Positions 28,904-38,166 of a stretch of 64,000 nt of DNA are shown in pieces. This DNA comes from an uncultured bacterium (GTDB lineage: Bacteria; Macinerneyibacteriota; Macinerneyibacteria; Macinerneyibacteriales; DSCS01): contig CAZJQC010000002.1 in NCBI GenBank assembly GCA_964548195.1, positions 1 through 64,000 of the forward strand, given 5' to 3'. A model generated the notes under the pieces. That model was not told the DNA's origin and made no database searches. It saw nothing but the letters and a program-made list of their open reading frames with translations. The translations under genes and the position numbers were made by a program. The first letter of the stretch is position 1. Every line of letters begins with the position of its first letter.

Positions 28904-31345
28904 TCAGCGCTCTCCCCAGACGATCTCTATAGCTACAGAACCGTCCTCGGACGATGATTTGAAATCGGGATCGGATAATCCGCCATCGCTTATCTCTTCG
29001 ATCTTCATGAGAGAAATGATCTGCGGCATCACACTATCGGCCGCCTGCTTATCACTCATGCTGAAATGCAGCCGTTTCACGGGATAAGCCAGCGAGAGCT
29101 TGTTCTCGGACTTCGCCTTTCTTATCAGATCAATAAGGCGAAGCAGGTCAGCCATATGGGCCGTTTCAGAAGAATAATCGTTTTTATCATCATATAAAGG
29201 CCATTCGGCAAGATGTATGGAGATGTCTTGCTCAAAATCTTTGAAATACATCAGATATATCTCTTCTGTTATATGGGGGACAAAAGGGGCAAACAATTTT
29301 AACGTTTTAAATAGTATATTATAAAGTGTGTGCCTGCTTCCGTCGGCGTCTGTATTTCCGTCGGAGAGGCGTCCTTTGACGAGTTCAATATAATTATCGC
29401 AGAGGTCTTTCCAGAAAAAGGACTCTATTGTATTAAGCGCCAGTCCGTACTCGTAACGGTCCATATAATCCGTGGCGCGTTTTATGGTGTCGTTCATGCG
29501 GTGTATGATCCATCTGTCGATTATATTCAGAGGGCCCGTGCGTCTTCCGTCGTATCCCTGAAGGTTCATTATGGCAAACTTTGAGGCGTTCCATAGCTTT
29601 GTGACGAGTTTTCGGCCGTCTTTAAGTACATCCTCCGAAAAGAAGGTGTCCATTCCGAGCCTTGATCCGGCAGTCCAGTACCTTACGGGATCGGCTGAAA
29701 ATTTTTCCACAAGCTGCTGCGGCGAAATGCCCGCGTTTCCCTTCGATTTTGATATTTTTTTTCTCTCGGGGTCAAGGCTGTGTCCCGAGATCATTATATT
29801 CTTCCAGGGCACGGAATTATGGTGGAAATAGGATTTGACTATGGTATAAAAAGCCCATGTCCGTATTATATCGTGGGCCTGCGGACGGAGGTCCATGGGG
29901 AATAAATCCTTCATCCTGTCGTCTTGCTCACCCCATTTTCCGTTTATCTGCGGTGTGACCGAAGACGTGGCCCATGTGTCCATGACATCCGTTTCGGGCT
30001 CAAATTCGGTGGCGCCGCAGCCAGGGCAAGCTCCCTCCGGCATCTGCGTCAGCGGATCCACCGGGAGGCTCGCATCGGAAGCCACCACTGGCTGGCCGCA
30101 TGACTTGCAATACCATAGCGGAAAAGGAACTCCGTAGAAACGCTGCCTGGAGATACCCCAGTCCCACTTAAGGTTGCTCACCCAATGGAGATAACGTTCT
30201 TTCATAAATGACGGGTACCAGTTTATCCGGTCCGCCAGGACTATCAGTTCGTCTTTATGATCCAGGATGTCAATAAACCACTGCTCCTTGACGATATATT
30301 CCATGGGTTTGCCGCATCTGTCATGGGTGTTGACCGGATGTGATATCTCCTTTATCGCGCTTACATAGCCGCCTTCCTTAAGGTCTTCTATCAAAGCGAC
30401 GCGGGCCTCGGCGATCTTCATGCCGCAGTATTTCCCCGCCGCCTCATTCATGCGGCCGCGTTCATCGATCACTTGCCTCAGAGGCAGCGAATGGGTATGA
30501 TACCATTCGACATCCGTGGTGTCGCCGAATGTACAACACATGACGGCGCCCGTCCCCTTTTCCATATCCACCTTCTCATCGGTCATTACCTTGACCTTCA
30601 GATCAAACAGCGGCGGGGTCACCATCTTGCCGACAAGGGCGGCATAGCGTGAGTCATCGGGGTGGACGAATACCGCCACCAGGGCGGGAATAAGTTCCGG
30701 TCTCGTTGTCGCTATGACAAGGTCTTCACCTTCTTCAGTCCTGAACCTCAGGTCGACGAACCTTGAAGGCATCTCCATATCATCGGTCTCAGCCTGAGCG
30801 ACCGTGGTACGGCAATTAGGACAGTATAACGCCGGAGTGGCTTTCTTCTTAACGAGCCCCTTATTAAAAAGGTCTATAAAGGAGCGCTGAGAAATACGCC
30901 GGGAGCGGTCGTCTATGGTGGAATAAAGCTGATCCCAGTCCGCCGAGAAGCCGAGGCTTTTCCACAGTTCCTTAAACTCTTTTTCCACCTCTGCGGAAAG
31001 AGAAAGACAGTTCTCGATAAAATCTGCCCGGTCTACCGACCCCGCCGATTTTTTCATTTTTTTCTCCACAAGCCTTTCGGTAGGCAGCCCGTTGTCATCA
31101 AAACCGAAGGGATAGAATACCTCAAACCCCTTCATGCGCTTATAACGCGCCATGATCTCAGCCTGCGTATATGAGAAGACGTGGCCGATATGCAGTTTGC
31201 CGGAAACTGTCGGAGGCGGGGTGTCGACGGAAAAAACCGGTTTTTTACTTAGGGGTGAATACTTGTATATCCCCCGGTCTTCCCAAAAATCCTGGATCTT
31301 CTTCTCGGTCTCAATACCGCCGTAATATTTTGGCATGTCAGTCAT
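28904..31345 (-). CDS. valS: valine--tRNA ligase (short, archaeal-type/type 2)
   Basis: DTPPPTVSGKLHIGH, GFDDNGLPTER, WDWGISRQR, LRPQAHDIIRTWAF, KISKS. Confidence 0.95.
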   Translation of the reverse strand: MTDMPKYYGGIETEKKIQDFWEDRGIYKYSPLSKKPVFSVDTPPPTVSGKLHIGHVFSYTQAEIMARYKRMKGFEVFYPFGFDDNGLPTERLVEKKMKKSAGSVDRADFIENCLSLSAEVEKEFKELWKSLGFSADWDQLYSTIDDRSRRISQRSFIDLFNKGLVKKKATPALYCPNCRTTVAQAETDDMEMPSRFVDLRFRTEEGEDLVIATTRPELIPALVAVFVHPDDSRYAALVGKMVTPPLFDLKVKVMTDEKVDMEKGTGAVMCCTFGDTTDVEWYHTHSLPLRQVIDERGRMNEAAGKYCGMKIAEARVALIEDLKEGGYVSAIKEISHPVNTHDRCGKPMEYIVKEQWFIDILDHKDELIVLADRINWYPSFMKERYLHWVSNLKWDWGISRQRFYGVPFPLWYCKSCGQPVVASDASLPVDPLTQMPEGACPGCGATEFEPETDVMDTWATSSVTPQINGKWGEQDDRMKDLFPMDLRPQAHDIIRTWAFYTIVKSYFHHNSVPWKNIMISGHSLDPERKKISKSKGNAGISPQQLVEKFSADPVRYWTAGSRLGMDTFFSEDVLKDGRKLVTKLWNASKFAIMNLQGYDGRRTGPLNIIDRWIIHRMNDTIKRATDYMDRYEYGLALNTIESFFWKDLCDNYIELVKGRLSDGNTDADGSRHTLYNILFKTLKLFAPFVPHITEEIYLMYFKDFEQDISIHLAEWPLYDDKNDYSSETAHMADLLRLIDLIRKAKSENKLSLAYPVKRLHFSMSDKQAADSVMPQIISLMKIEEISDGGLSDPDFKSSSEDGSVAIEIVWGER

Positions 31346-31373
31346 GTAAATTACTCCTTATGATGTGATGATA

Positions 31374-31889
31374 TCATCTGTTGCCGGGAACAAAAAGATC
31401 CCATCCCCGGGCATCCATTATCATGTCGGTCACTTCTCTGACGGCGCCGTGTCCGCCCTTTGAACGGGTGACCATATCGGCGCCCTCTTTCAGGCTCTCA
31501 TGCGCGTCATTTACGCATATCCCGATGGCTGCGCGCTCAAAGATGGCCCGTTCGGGTATGTCATCGCCCACACATAATACATCCTGGTCGTGAAAACCAT
31601 ATTTTTTCAAGATGGAGTCGTATACTTCCAGCTTATTCTTGATCCCCTGATGGATCTCCTGTATACCCAGTTCAGCCGCCCTCTTTGACACGATATTTGA
31701 TTCGCGTCCTGTGATGATGGAACAGACGATGCCTTTATCGATTATCATCTTTATGCCGATCCCGTCCCGGGCATGAAAGGACTTCGATTCCACGCCGTTG
31801 TCGTCTATGACTATGGTCCCGTCGGTCATCACGCCGTCAACATCAAAAACGACCATCTTTATTTCCCGAAGCTTGTCGCGAAACGTCAT
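31374..31889 (-). CDS. kdsC: KDO-8-phosphate phosphatase
   Basis: FDVDGVMTDG, ITGR, VGDD, GGHGAVRE. Confidence 0.92.
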   Translation of the reverse strand: MTFRDKLREIKMVVFDVDGVMTDGTIVIDDNGVESKSFHARDGIGIKMIIDKGIVCSIITGRESNIVSKRAAELGIQEIHQGIKNKLEVYDSILKKYGFHDQDVLCVGDDIPERAIFERAAIGICVNDAHESLKEGADMVTRSKGGHGAVREVTDMIMDARGWDLFVPGNR

Positions 31890-32839
31890 ATGAGGCCGGC
31901 CTTTAATATATCATGCATATGGATGACCCCCGTGACGCGGCCTTCCTGTACCACAACAAGTGAGGTTATGTTAAAGTCCTCCATCAATTTTAAGGCATAA
32001 GCGGCCAGTCTGTCAGGAGATATAGTTTTGGGATTCTTAACCATGACGTCCTTCATCAATATTCCGGCCAAGGAGTCGTGGTCTTTCAAAAAACGTTTAA
32101 AATCCCCGTCGGTGAATATGCCTTCCAGAGCGCCATTTTCGTCCAGGACCGTAGTCATGCCGAGCCCCTTTGAAGATATTTCGTAAACCGCCTCTTTTAA
32201 TGTCGTATCAGGGGAGACGCCGGGGACGTTGCCGCCGGAGACCATGATGTTCTCAACGGTGAGCAGAAGTTTTTTTCCTAGCGATCCGCCCGGATGGAAA
32301 AGGGCGAAATCCTCTTCCTTGAAGCCTTTTTCTTTCAGGACTGTGACTGCAAGCATATCGCCCAGCACAAGCGTCACCGTGGTGGAAGCTGTCGGAGCCA
32401 GGTTGAGCGGGCATGCCTCTTTTTCGACAGAGATATCCAGTGTCTCGTCGGCGTAGCGTGCCAGTGTGGATGTCGTGTTGCCTGTGATGGCGATCACAGC
32501 CACGCCCATGCGTTTCAATATAGGCAGTATCTTGATGAGTTCCTCGGTCTCTCCGCTGTTTGATATGGCGATGACAATGTCACCTTTTTTTACCATGCCC
32601 AGATCGCCGTGTGAGGCTTCCGCCGGGTGCAGGAAAAAAGATGGCGTACCAGTGCTCGCCATGGTCGCAGATATCTTACGCCCTATATGCCCTGATTTTC
32701 CCATGCCTGTCAGGACCACGCTCCCGCTTGTTTTCAGTATCATCCGCACAGAATTTTCAAAATGCGAGTCTATTCTTTCTCTTAGCCTTGAGACTGCCGT
32801 TAATTCAATATCCAATACTTCGTTGGCGGTGTTTTTCAT
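31886..32839 (-). CDS. kdsD: arabinose-5-phosphate isomerase (KpsF/GutQ)
   Basis: TGMGKSGHIG, HPAEASHGDLG, EACPLNLAPTAST, HPGGSLG, CBS pair. Confidence 0.95.
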   Translation of the reverse strand: MKNTANEVLDIELTAVSRLRERIDSHFENSVRMILKTSGSVVLTGMGKSGHIGRKISATMASTGTPSFFLHPAEASHGDLGMVKKGDIVIAISNSGETEELIKILPILKRMGVAVIAITGNTTSTLARYADETLDISVEKEACPLNLAPTASTTVTLVLGDMLAVTVLKEKGFKEEDFALFHPGGSLGKKLLLTVENIMVSGGNVPGVSPDTTLKEAVYEISSKGLGMTTVLDENGALEGIFTDGDFKRFLKDHDSLAGILMKDVMVKNPKTISPDRLAAYALKLMEDFNITSLVVVQEGRVTGVIHMHDILKAGLI

Positions 32840-32841
32840 GA

Positions 32842-33657
32842 TTACCCCTTGATCACATTGTCTATTTCCATAAAAATCTTAAGCATCTCCTTGAGGCGGT
32901 CCAGCGGTATCATATTGGGGCCGTCCGACCTCGCGTTGTCAGGATCGGGATGCACTTCGAGGAAAAGCCCTGCCAGCCCTGCGGTGAGGGCCGCTTTTGA
33001 AAGGGGGAACACATATTCCCTGTTGCCGCCGCTTCTGTCTCCGAGCCCTCCGGGCTGCTGCACGCTGTGAGTCCCGTCAAATATTACAGGATATCCTGTT
33101 TTTTTCATGACTTCCAAAGCGCGTATGTCCGTTATAAGATTATTATAGCCGAATGAGACGCCTCTCTCGGTCAGCATTATCTTCTCATTGCCTGTATCCG
33201 CCACTTTTCGGGCTACATTTTTCATGTCCCAGGGAGCGAGAAACTGCCCCTTTTTTATGTTGACCGCGACACCCGTTTTGCCGGCGGCGACCAGCAGGTC
33301 GGTCTGCCTGCAAAGAAAAGCCGGGATCTGAATAATATCGACCACCTGGGCCGCCTGGACAGCCTGTTCTTCTGTATGCACATCCGTCAGTATGGGGAGA
33401 CCCATCTCGTCCCGGACCTTCTCGAGTATACGCAGCCCCTTGTCGATCCCGGGGCCCCGGTATGAGTCTATTGAAGACCTGTTGGCTTTGTCGAACGATG
33501 CTTTGAATATATACGGCAATTTAAGTTCGTCTGTCATCTTTTTTATATGCTCCGCTATATGGAGGACGTTCTCCTCAGTCTCTATCACACACGGGCCCGC
33601 TATCAGTACAAACGGGTTATCATTTGAGAACTCAATGCCTCTTACGTCGATCTTCAT
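32842..33657 (-). CDS. kdsA: KDO-8-phosphate synthase
   Basis: IAGPCVIE, KASFDKANRSS, QIPAFLCRQTDL, DGTHSVQ; start moved to ATG 33657 (SD GGAGG). Confidence 0.96.
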   Translation of the reverse strand: MKIDVRGIEFSNDNPFVLIAGPCVIETEENVLHIAEHIKKMTDELKLPYIFKASFDKANRSSIDSYRGPGIDKGLRILEKVRDEMGLPILTDVHTEEQAVQAAQVVDIIQIPAFLCRQTDLLVAAGKTGVAVNIKKGQFLAPWDMKNVARKVADTGNEKIMLTERGVSFGYNNLITDIRALEVMKKTGYPVIFDGTHSVQQPGGLGDRSGGNREYVFPLSKAALTAGLAGLFLEVHPDPDNARSDGPNMIPLDRLKEMLKIFMEIDNVIKG

Positions 33658-33699
33658 GTCTGACCTCCAGTCAATTGAAACGATCGTCAACTCAACAAA

Positions 33700-33728
33700 A
33701 TGATATCATAACACACTTTCGATGTCAA
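33700..33728 (-). promoter_or_regulatory. promoter of kdsA-kdsD-kdsC-valS
   Basis: TTGACA, 17 nt, (TGA)TATCAT. Confidence 0.7.
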
Positions 33729-33744
33729 CGAAGTCGCATTTTTC

Positions 33745-36700
33745 TTAATATATTATTACATAGGGTTTTGTCATGCCCGCTCTTATCTGAGTCCTGGCGG
33801 ATATCCCCGTGATCCTCCCTTCATTGCCGTAAAGAAGTTCGGCGCTATCCGCATCCATCGCGGTCTTGCCGAAGCCGTTGAGTGAAAACACCGTGAAAGG
33901 AAGCGGTTCATCACCGGTAACCGCAACGCCGAACTCTTCACATCTGAAACCGGCCCAGGCAGCCGCATCCATGCAGGGTACTATGACCCCTGCCGGCTGT
34001 TGTTTTATGAGACGCTCTATGGTGACGGCGTCAAGACATGCATCGCATATCATTATGTTTCCTTTTTCGGAAAGCGATTCGGGCGAGTACCGCTTCAATG
34101 TGCCAAAACAGGACTTGCCGAAACCCACGGTCCCGCTTATGATGTCGCCTTCCGTCTGTATAACGGCGCCGAATCCGCTTATAACGGATTTTACCGTGCC
34201 CCTGACCCAGCTGACCGTATCTACCGGCTCATTTTGATATTGTATGGTCACTGTCCCCGCCTTGTCATCTATTTTAGTCACCACTCCGGGGCCCGGGGCC
34301 TTAAGGCCGGGTGATTCACGCATATAAACGGTATTATGATTCAAAGCGATCATATGCATGCCCTTTTCGACATAATCGCCCTCTTTGTAGGCCAAATACC
34401 CCCTGATCCTGCGGGGTGGTATACCCATTATTTCCGCAACAGGCAAAGTGACCGGCTTTGTCGTATAATCCTGTATTTCTTCCAGGACTACGGTGCCGTT
34501 CTCTTCAACAGAGAGGACCTTGCCGCGCACGGGGCTTCTGGCGGTCATTATCTTTGTATTGTTGTACACGCCACGAAAGATGATGTCGCCCTGCTCGACC
34601 GGCGCATCCTCTTTTATCAGCAGGCCTGCACGTATGATACTGGGATCCGGCACATCCGCGCCGTCGCCCAGCTGGCGTCTTACGTCGACGATGTATATCC
34701 TGGGAGGGGTTGATATATTGGTCCCGATCACCGTGCCGCACGATATACTGTCCCCCGTCGAGACTTTCACCTCGCCGCTGTACGGCAACATCATCTCGAT
34801 CTCCATAGTGCCTTTTCTTTTGATCTGAGGCACGGGGAAGTCAAATCTTATGCCTTCTCCGGCCGGCGGCGCCGAAACATTGATGTGCTCGTTGAGCCAT
34901 GTGCCATCATATTGCTCTCCCCTGCCCCTGCAGTCTATGATGACGGGAAGGCCCGTTTCGATGGTGACCGATTCTCTGCCGTTGTATATATCCGCTCCCT
35001 TTTCAGGGGTTATGACGCCGGTCAGGCCGCTTTTATAGACCGCCACTTCTCCCCATTTCACGGGCACGGTTATGACGCCGCCCTCTTCCCTGACGGTCAG
35101 TGCAGTCCTGCCGGCGGAATATTTCCCCGTAGGCGCGACCACATGTCCCAGCTGCTTCAGGGCCTCTTTTTCATACAGTTCCCCGGCCTTCTTTTTGTCT
35201 ATTCCGGCGAACAGGCCGAAATGAGGCGATTTAAACCCCTCGTCGTAAAATATGGCCGATATGCCCGACGGAAGGAATGCGTCGGCAAGCATCAGCATGG
35301 AAGCCCATGTGTCCCCGGAGTGAGAGATGACGCCTCCCGAACCGATGTATATGTCAATATCCCTGAGCTGAAAGAGCTTTTCCTCATTATGCACATAAAA
35401 AACATCCATAAACCTGTCCATATCGTTTGCCAGCTTCCTGCGGTCCAAAAAACCGATCATCTTACGCTTGAACGACATGTTCACATGCTCTGTCCAGGCC
35501 AGACGCATCCCGATGACCGCCAGGGCTCTTTCTATGCGCGTCTCGGTGGCGTTGCCGGGTATTTTCGACGGGAAAAGCATCTTGTCGTACGCATACTCCC
35601 GGATCAGATCGCCTTCCACGCCGGATATCCGCTCAGCCGCCTCCACTCCGGACCTCACCAGTATCTGGCCCATGGAAAAACTCATGCCTATGTTAGCCGC
35701 CACTGTCCTGCTGTAGTCGCCTATGATATTGGAGTAGATGTCGGTGGTCGCGCCGCCCATATCGACCATGGCCACGCTTTTATTGGCCTTTTCTCCATAT
35801 ACGGACAGTATTCTCTCGACTCCCACCGGTGTGGGCAGGAGGTTGCCGAAAGCCCACTTTTTGAGTTTTGAATATCCGGGCGCGCGCTCCATGACTTCAT
35901 CCAGAAAGATATCCCTTATCTTCTTTTTGGCCGGCAGCATATTCATCGTCTCAAGGTCCGGCCTTATATTGTCAACGATGCTCAAGTCGAAATCGGAGAG
36001 AGTCTTGGTTATTATATCGCGTGCTTCCCTGTTTCCGGCATATATTACAGGCAAACGCCTTGAGTGTTTTGCTTTTGGCTTTGAGAAAGCAAGCACCTCG
36101 GCCAGTCGTATCACCGAAAGGATATTGCCACCGTCCACGCCGCCCGACATAAGGACGATATCGGCGTTTATGTTACGCAGAAGTCTCATCCGCTCGACTA
36201 TAGGGAGCTCGTCGTCGATGGTAAAAGTGCGCATGATGACGCCCCCGGCCCCGCTGGCAGTCATATTGGCCACAAGCCCCGTATCAGTGGAGGATACCCC
36301 GAACACAATGATCTGAAGCCCGCCGCCCGCAGAACTTGTGGCAAGCACCGGCACTGCGGGCGCGCCGGAGGCGCTTAGAAGGCCGACACCGGATCTTTCC
36401 CCCAAAATGCGTAGTGAGGATATCACCCCTGCAGTCACATCCTCGCCGGGAAACCCCACAGTGGTCGGTATGTATGAATCCGCTTTTACCGAATAATCAC
36501 CGCTGTCATCGCGTTCCAGAAGCAGGCCTTTTGTAGCCGTGCTGCCGATATCGAACAACACCATCTTTTCACATTTTCCCATGTCAAAACAAGTCTCGTC
36601 CCAGAACAGCTCGTCAAGAGTACTGTCCAGGGAGCGGGCTATGGCCATGCATACTTTCAAGGAGGGGTTGTATTTTTCGCTCTCGATCAGGGCTATAGTC

Positions 36701-36786
36701 TGTCGGCTCACACCGGTCTTCTCCGCAAGCTCCTCCTGGGTCATCTTCCTCCGCAACCGTGCACTTTTCACATTCAGACCAAACAT
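33745..36786 (-). CDS. XRE-HTH + glutamate mutase L (GlmL/MutL-type actin-like ATPase) + unknown ~370-aa domain fusion
   Basis: MTQEELAEKTGVSRQTIALIESEKYNPSL (XRE); DIGSTATK, TSSAGGGL, SGGVDGG, VDMGGATTDIYS, GSGGVISH (GlmL/ASKHA); C-terminal Gly-rich beta repeats ending TQIRAGMTKP. Confidence 0.82.
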   Translation of the reverse strand: MFGLNVKSARLRRKMTQEELAEKTGVSRQTIALIESEKYNPSLKVCMAIARSLDSTLDELFWDETCFDMGKCEKMVLFDIGSTATKGLLLERDDSGDYSVKADSYIPTTVGFPGEDVTAGVISSLRILGERSGVGLLSASGAPAVPVLATSSAGGGLQIIVFGVSSTDTGLVANMTASGAGGVIMRTFTIDDELPIVERMRLLRNINADIVLMSGGVDGGNILSVIRLAEVLAFSKPKAKHSRRLPVIYAGNREARDIITKTLSDFDLSIVDNIRPDLETMNMLPAKKKIRDIFLDEVMERAPGYSKLKKWAFGNLLPTPVGVERILSVYGEKANKSVAMVDMGGATTDIYSNIIGDYSRTVAANIGMSFSMGQILVRSGVEAAERISGVEGDLIREYAYDKMLFPSKIPGNATETRIERALAVIGMRLAWTEHVNMSFKRKMIGFLDRRKLANDMDRFMDVFYVHNEEKLFQLRDIDIYIGSGGVISHSGDTWASMLMLADAFLPSGISAIFYDEGFKSPHFGLFAGIDKKKAGELYEKEALKQLGHVVAPTGKYSAGRTALTVREEGGVITVPVKWGEVAVYKSGLTGVITPEKGADIYNGRESVTIETGLPVIIDCRGRGEQYDGTWLNEHINVSAPPAGEGIRFDFPVPQIKRKGTMEIEMMLPYSGEVKVSTGDSISCGTVIGTNISTPPRIYIVDVRRQLGDGADVPDPSIIRAGLLIKEDAPVEQGDIIFRGVYNNTKIMTARSPVRGKVLSVEENGTVVLEEIQDYTTKPVTLPVAEIMGIPPRRIRGYLAYKEGDYVEKGMHMIALNHNTVYMRESPGLKAPGPGVVTKIDDKAGTVTIQYQNEPVDTVSWVRGTVKSVISGFGAVIQTEGDIISGTVGFGKSCFGTLKRYSPESLSEKGNIMICDACLDAVTIERLIKQQPAGVIVPCMDAAAWAGFRCEEFGVAVTGDEPLPFTVFSLNGFGKTAMDADSAELLYGNEGRITGISARTQIRAGMTKPYVIIY

Positions 36787-36797
36787 ATATACCTCCT

Positions 36798-36855
36798 TGT
36801 ATACTATATATTACAATATACAATATAATATACGTACAATATAATTTCATGTCAA
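36798..36855 (-). promoter_or_regulatory. promoter with operator-like repeats upstream of the HTH-GlmL fusion
   Basis: TTGACA(36855-36850), 17 nt, TATATT; quasi-palindrome TGTA-N10-TACA at 36798-36815; TACAATATA three times (36812, 36819, 36835). Confidence 0.6.
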
Positions 36856-36891
36856 TATTGTGGACGATAAATTTTGTGATATACTCAGGCC

Positions 36892-37590
36892 ATGAACCGA
36901 TTGTATCTTTTTGACATAGACGGCACGATAATACGGATAAACGGCTGCGGCATGAAAGCGTTCAGCCTCTCCGCGAACAAACTTTTCGGGACGCTGCCCT
37001 CTATTAAATCCCTGAAAGGGTCCACGGACCTGCATGTCTTCACGGATGTCTTCAACCGGACAGGCCTCCCCGTCACATCGTTTGACACATACTGGGAGTC
37101 GTTCCGCCGTGCCTTCAATCAAACACTTCAGACCCTGGCCGCAAAACAGATATGGGAAATATTGCCCGGGTTCCAACTGTTCTATTCAGAGATCAGAAAC
37201 ATGCCATACGGTTTTTGTACGGGAAACACGGAAGCCGGCGCCGCGATCAAAATGAAGGCGGCCGGGCTGCCTTTTTCACCCCGCGGGGCTTTCGGCGACA
37301 AACTGCATACAAAAGACGACCTCGCACGATCGGCCCTTGAGACTATGTCTCTGGTCAATCTTGCCACTTTCGGCCAGGTGATATATTTTGGCGATACGCC
37401 TGAAGATATGCGCGCAGGCAAGGGCATCGATGCCTGGACCATAGGGGTGACCGGAGGACATTCATCCCGCGCGGAACTTTCCGCCCACGGGGCAGATGCC
37501 GTCATAACCGATTTTACGGAAGTGTTTTCAGCCCTTCCTTTTGATTTCCGGGGGGAGGCCCTCGATAAAAAGAAGCATGTTCCCCGTTAA
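36892..37590 (+). CDS. HAD-superfamily hydrolase
   Basis: LFDIDGT, CTGN, FGDTPEDM. Confidence 0.88.
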   Translation: MNRLYLFDIDGTIIRINGCGMKAFSLSANKLFGTLPSIKSLKGSTDLHVFTDVFNRTGLPVTSFDTYWESFRRAFNQTLQTLAAKQIWEILPGFQLFYSEIRNMPYGFCTGNTEAGAAIKMKAAGLPFSPRGAFGDKLHTKDDLARSALETMSLVNLATFGQVIYFGDTPEDMRAGKGIDAWTIGVTGGHSSRAELSAHGADAVITDFTEVFSALPFDFRGEALDKKKHVPR

Positions 37591-38166
37591 GTAGCTTAAA
37601 GACAGCGTCCCCCTTTTGATATTGCTGAGGGTAAAGGTGTCGGGCCTTATCACAGCGCCGTCTAACGGATATTCACACCCCTCCGCGACCACCCCCTCGC
37701 ATGTCTCAAGAGGAAGAAGCGAAAAGCGCCTCCCGTCTTCCGTTTCAACATCGTGCTTAAGATTAGGCGTCACATATTGTATATATCCGCCTTTCGTCAG
37801 TATCACGACTTTCTCCCCGAAGGAAAGCGGCGCGAAATAATTGAAAAAGGCGTGGTCCGCCCTTCCCCCCAATGAGTTTGCCAAATATATGATGTCAAAA
37901 GAGTCTATATACTTTTTCAACGCATAAAAGGTGTCCGAATGATCCTTACGCGTGGACAGACGCACCTGTTCCACCGTTTCAATACCGTTTTCGGCCTGTA
38001 TTGAGTCCATGTCGCCGACGATCACATCCGGTCTCAATCCGGATCTCATGCAGTGATTGTATCCGCTGTCAGCCGCTATGATAAAAAAATCGTCGAAATC
38101 AAGCCCTGACAGGAATCCGGAATCATTTTCGGGCGAACCTGCCACCAGAAGCGCTTTCTTTTTCAC
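37528..38166 (-). CDS. thiN: thiamine diphosphokinase
   Basis: IAADSG, GDMDS, KDHSDT, GGRADH, GCEYPL, LSN. Confidence 0.88.
   Translation of the reverse strand: MKKKALLVAGSPENDSGFLSGLDFDDFFIIAADSGYNHCMRSGLRPDVIVGDMDSIQAENGIETVEQVRLSTRKDHSDTFYALKKYIDSFDIIYLANSLGGRADHAFFNYFAPLSFGEKVVILTKGGYIQYVTPNLKHDVETEDGRRFSLLPLETCEGVVAEGCEYPLDGAVIRPDTFTLSNIKRGTLSLSYLTGNMLLFIEGLPPEIKRKG

Noticed and set aside
9501..31345. Co-location of the tRNA-Val genes and valS, or a T-box leader on valS
   Set aside because: They are about 19 kb apart on opposite sides of dif, and the valS upstream gap is under 30 nt, leaving no room for a T-box.
34885..35871. 328-aa + strand ORF
   Set aside because: Antisense shadow of the HTH-GlmL gene, with no motifs or SD and a composition typical of reverse-frame ORFs.
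37528..37590. Convergent 3' overlaps (HAD/thiN 63 nt; MFS/CHAT 20 nt at 18709-18728)
   Set aside because: Common in compact genomes; no evidence of a regulatory role.
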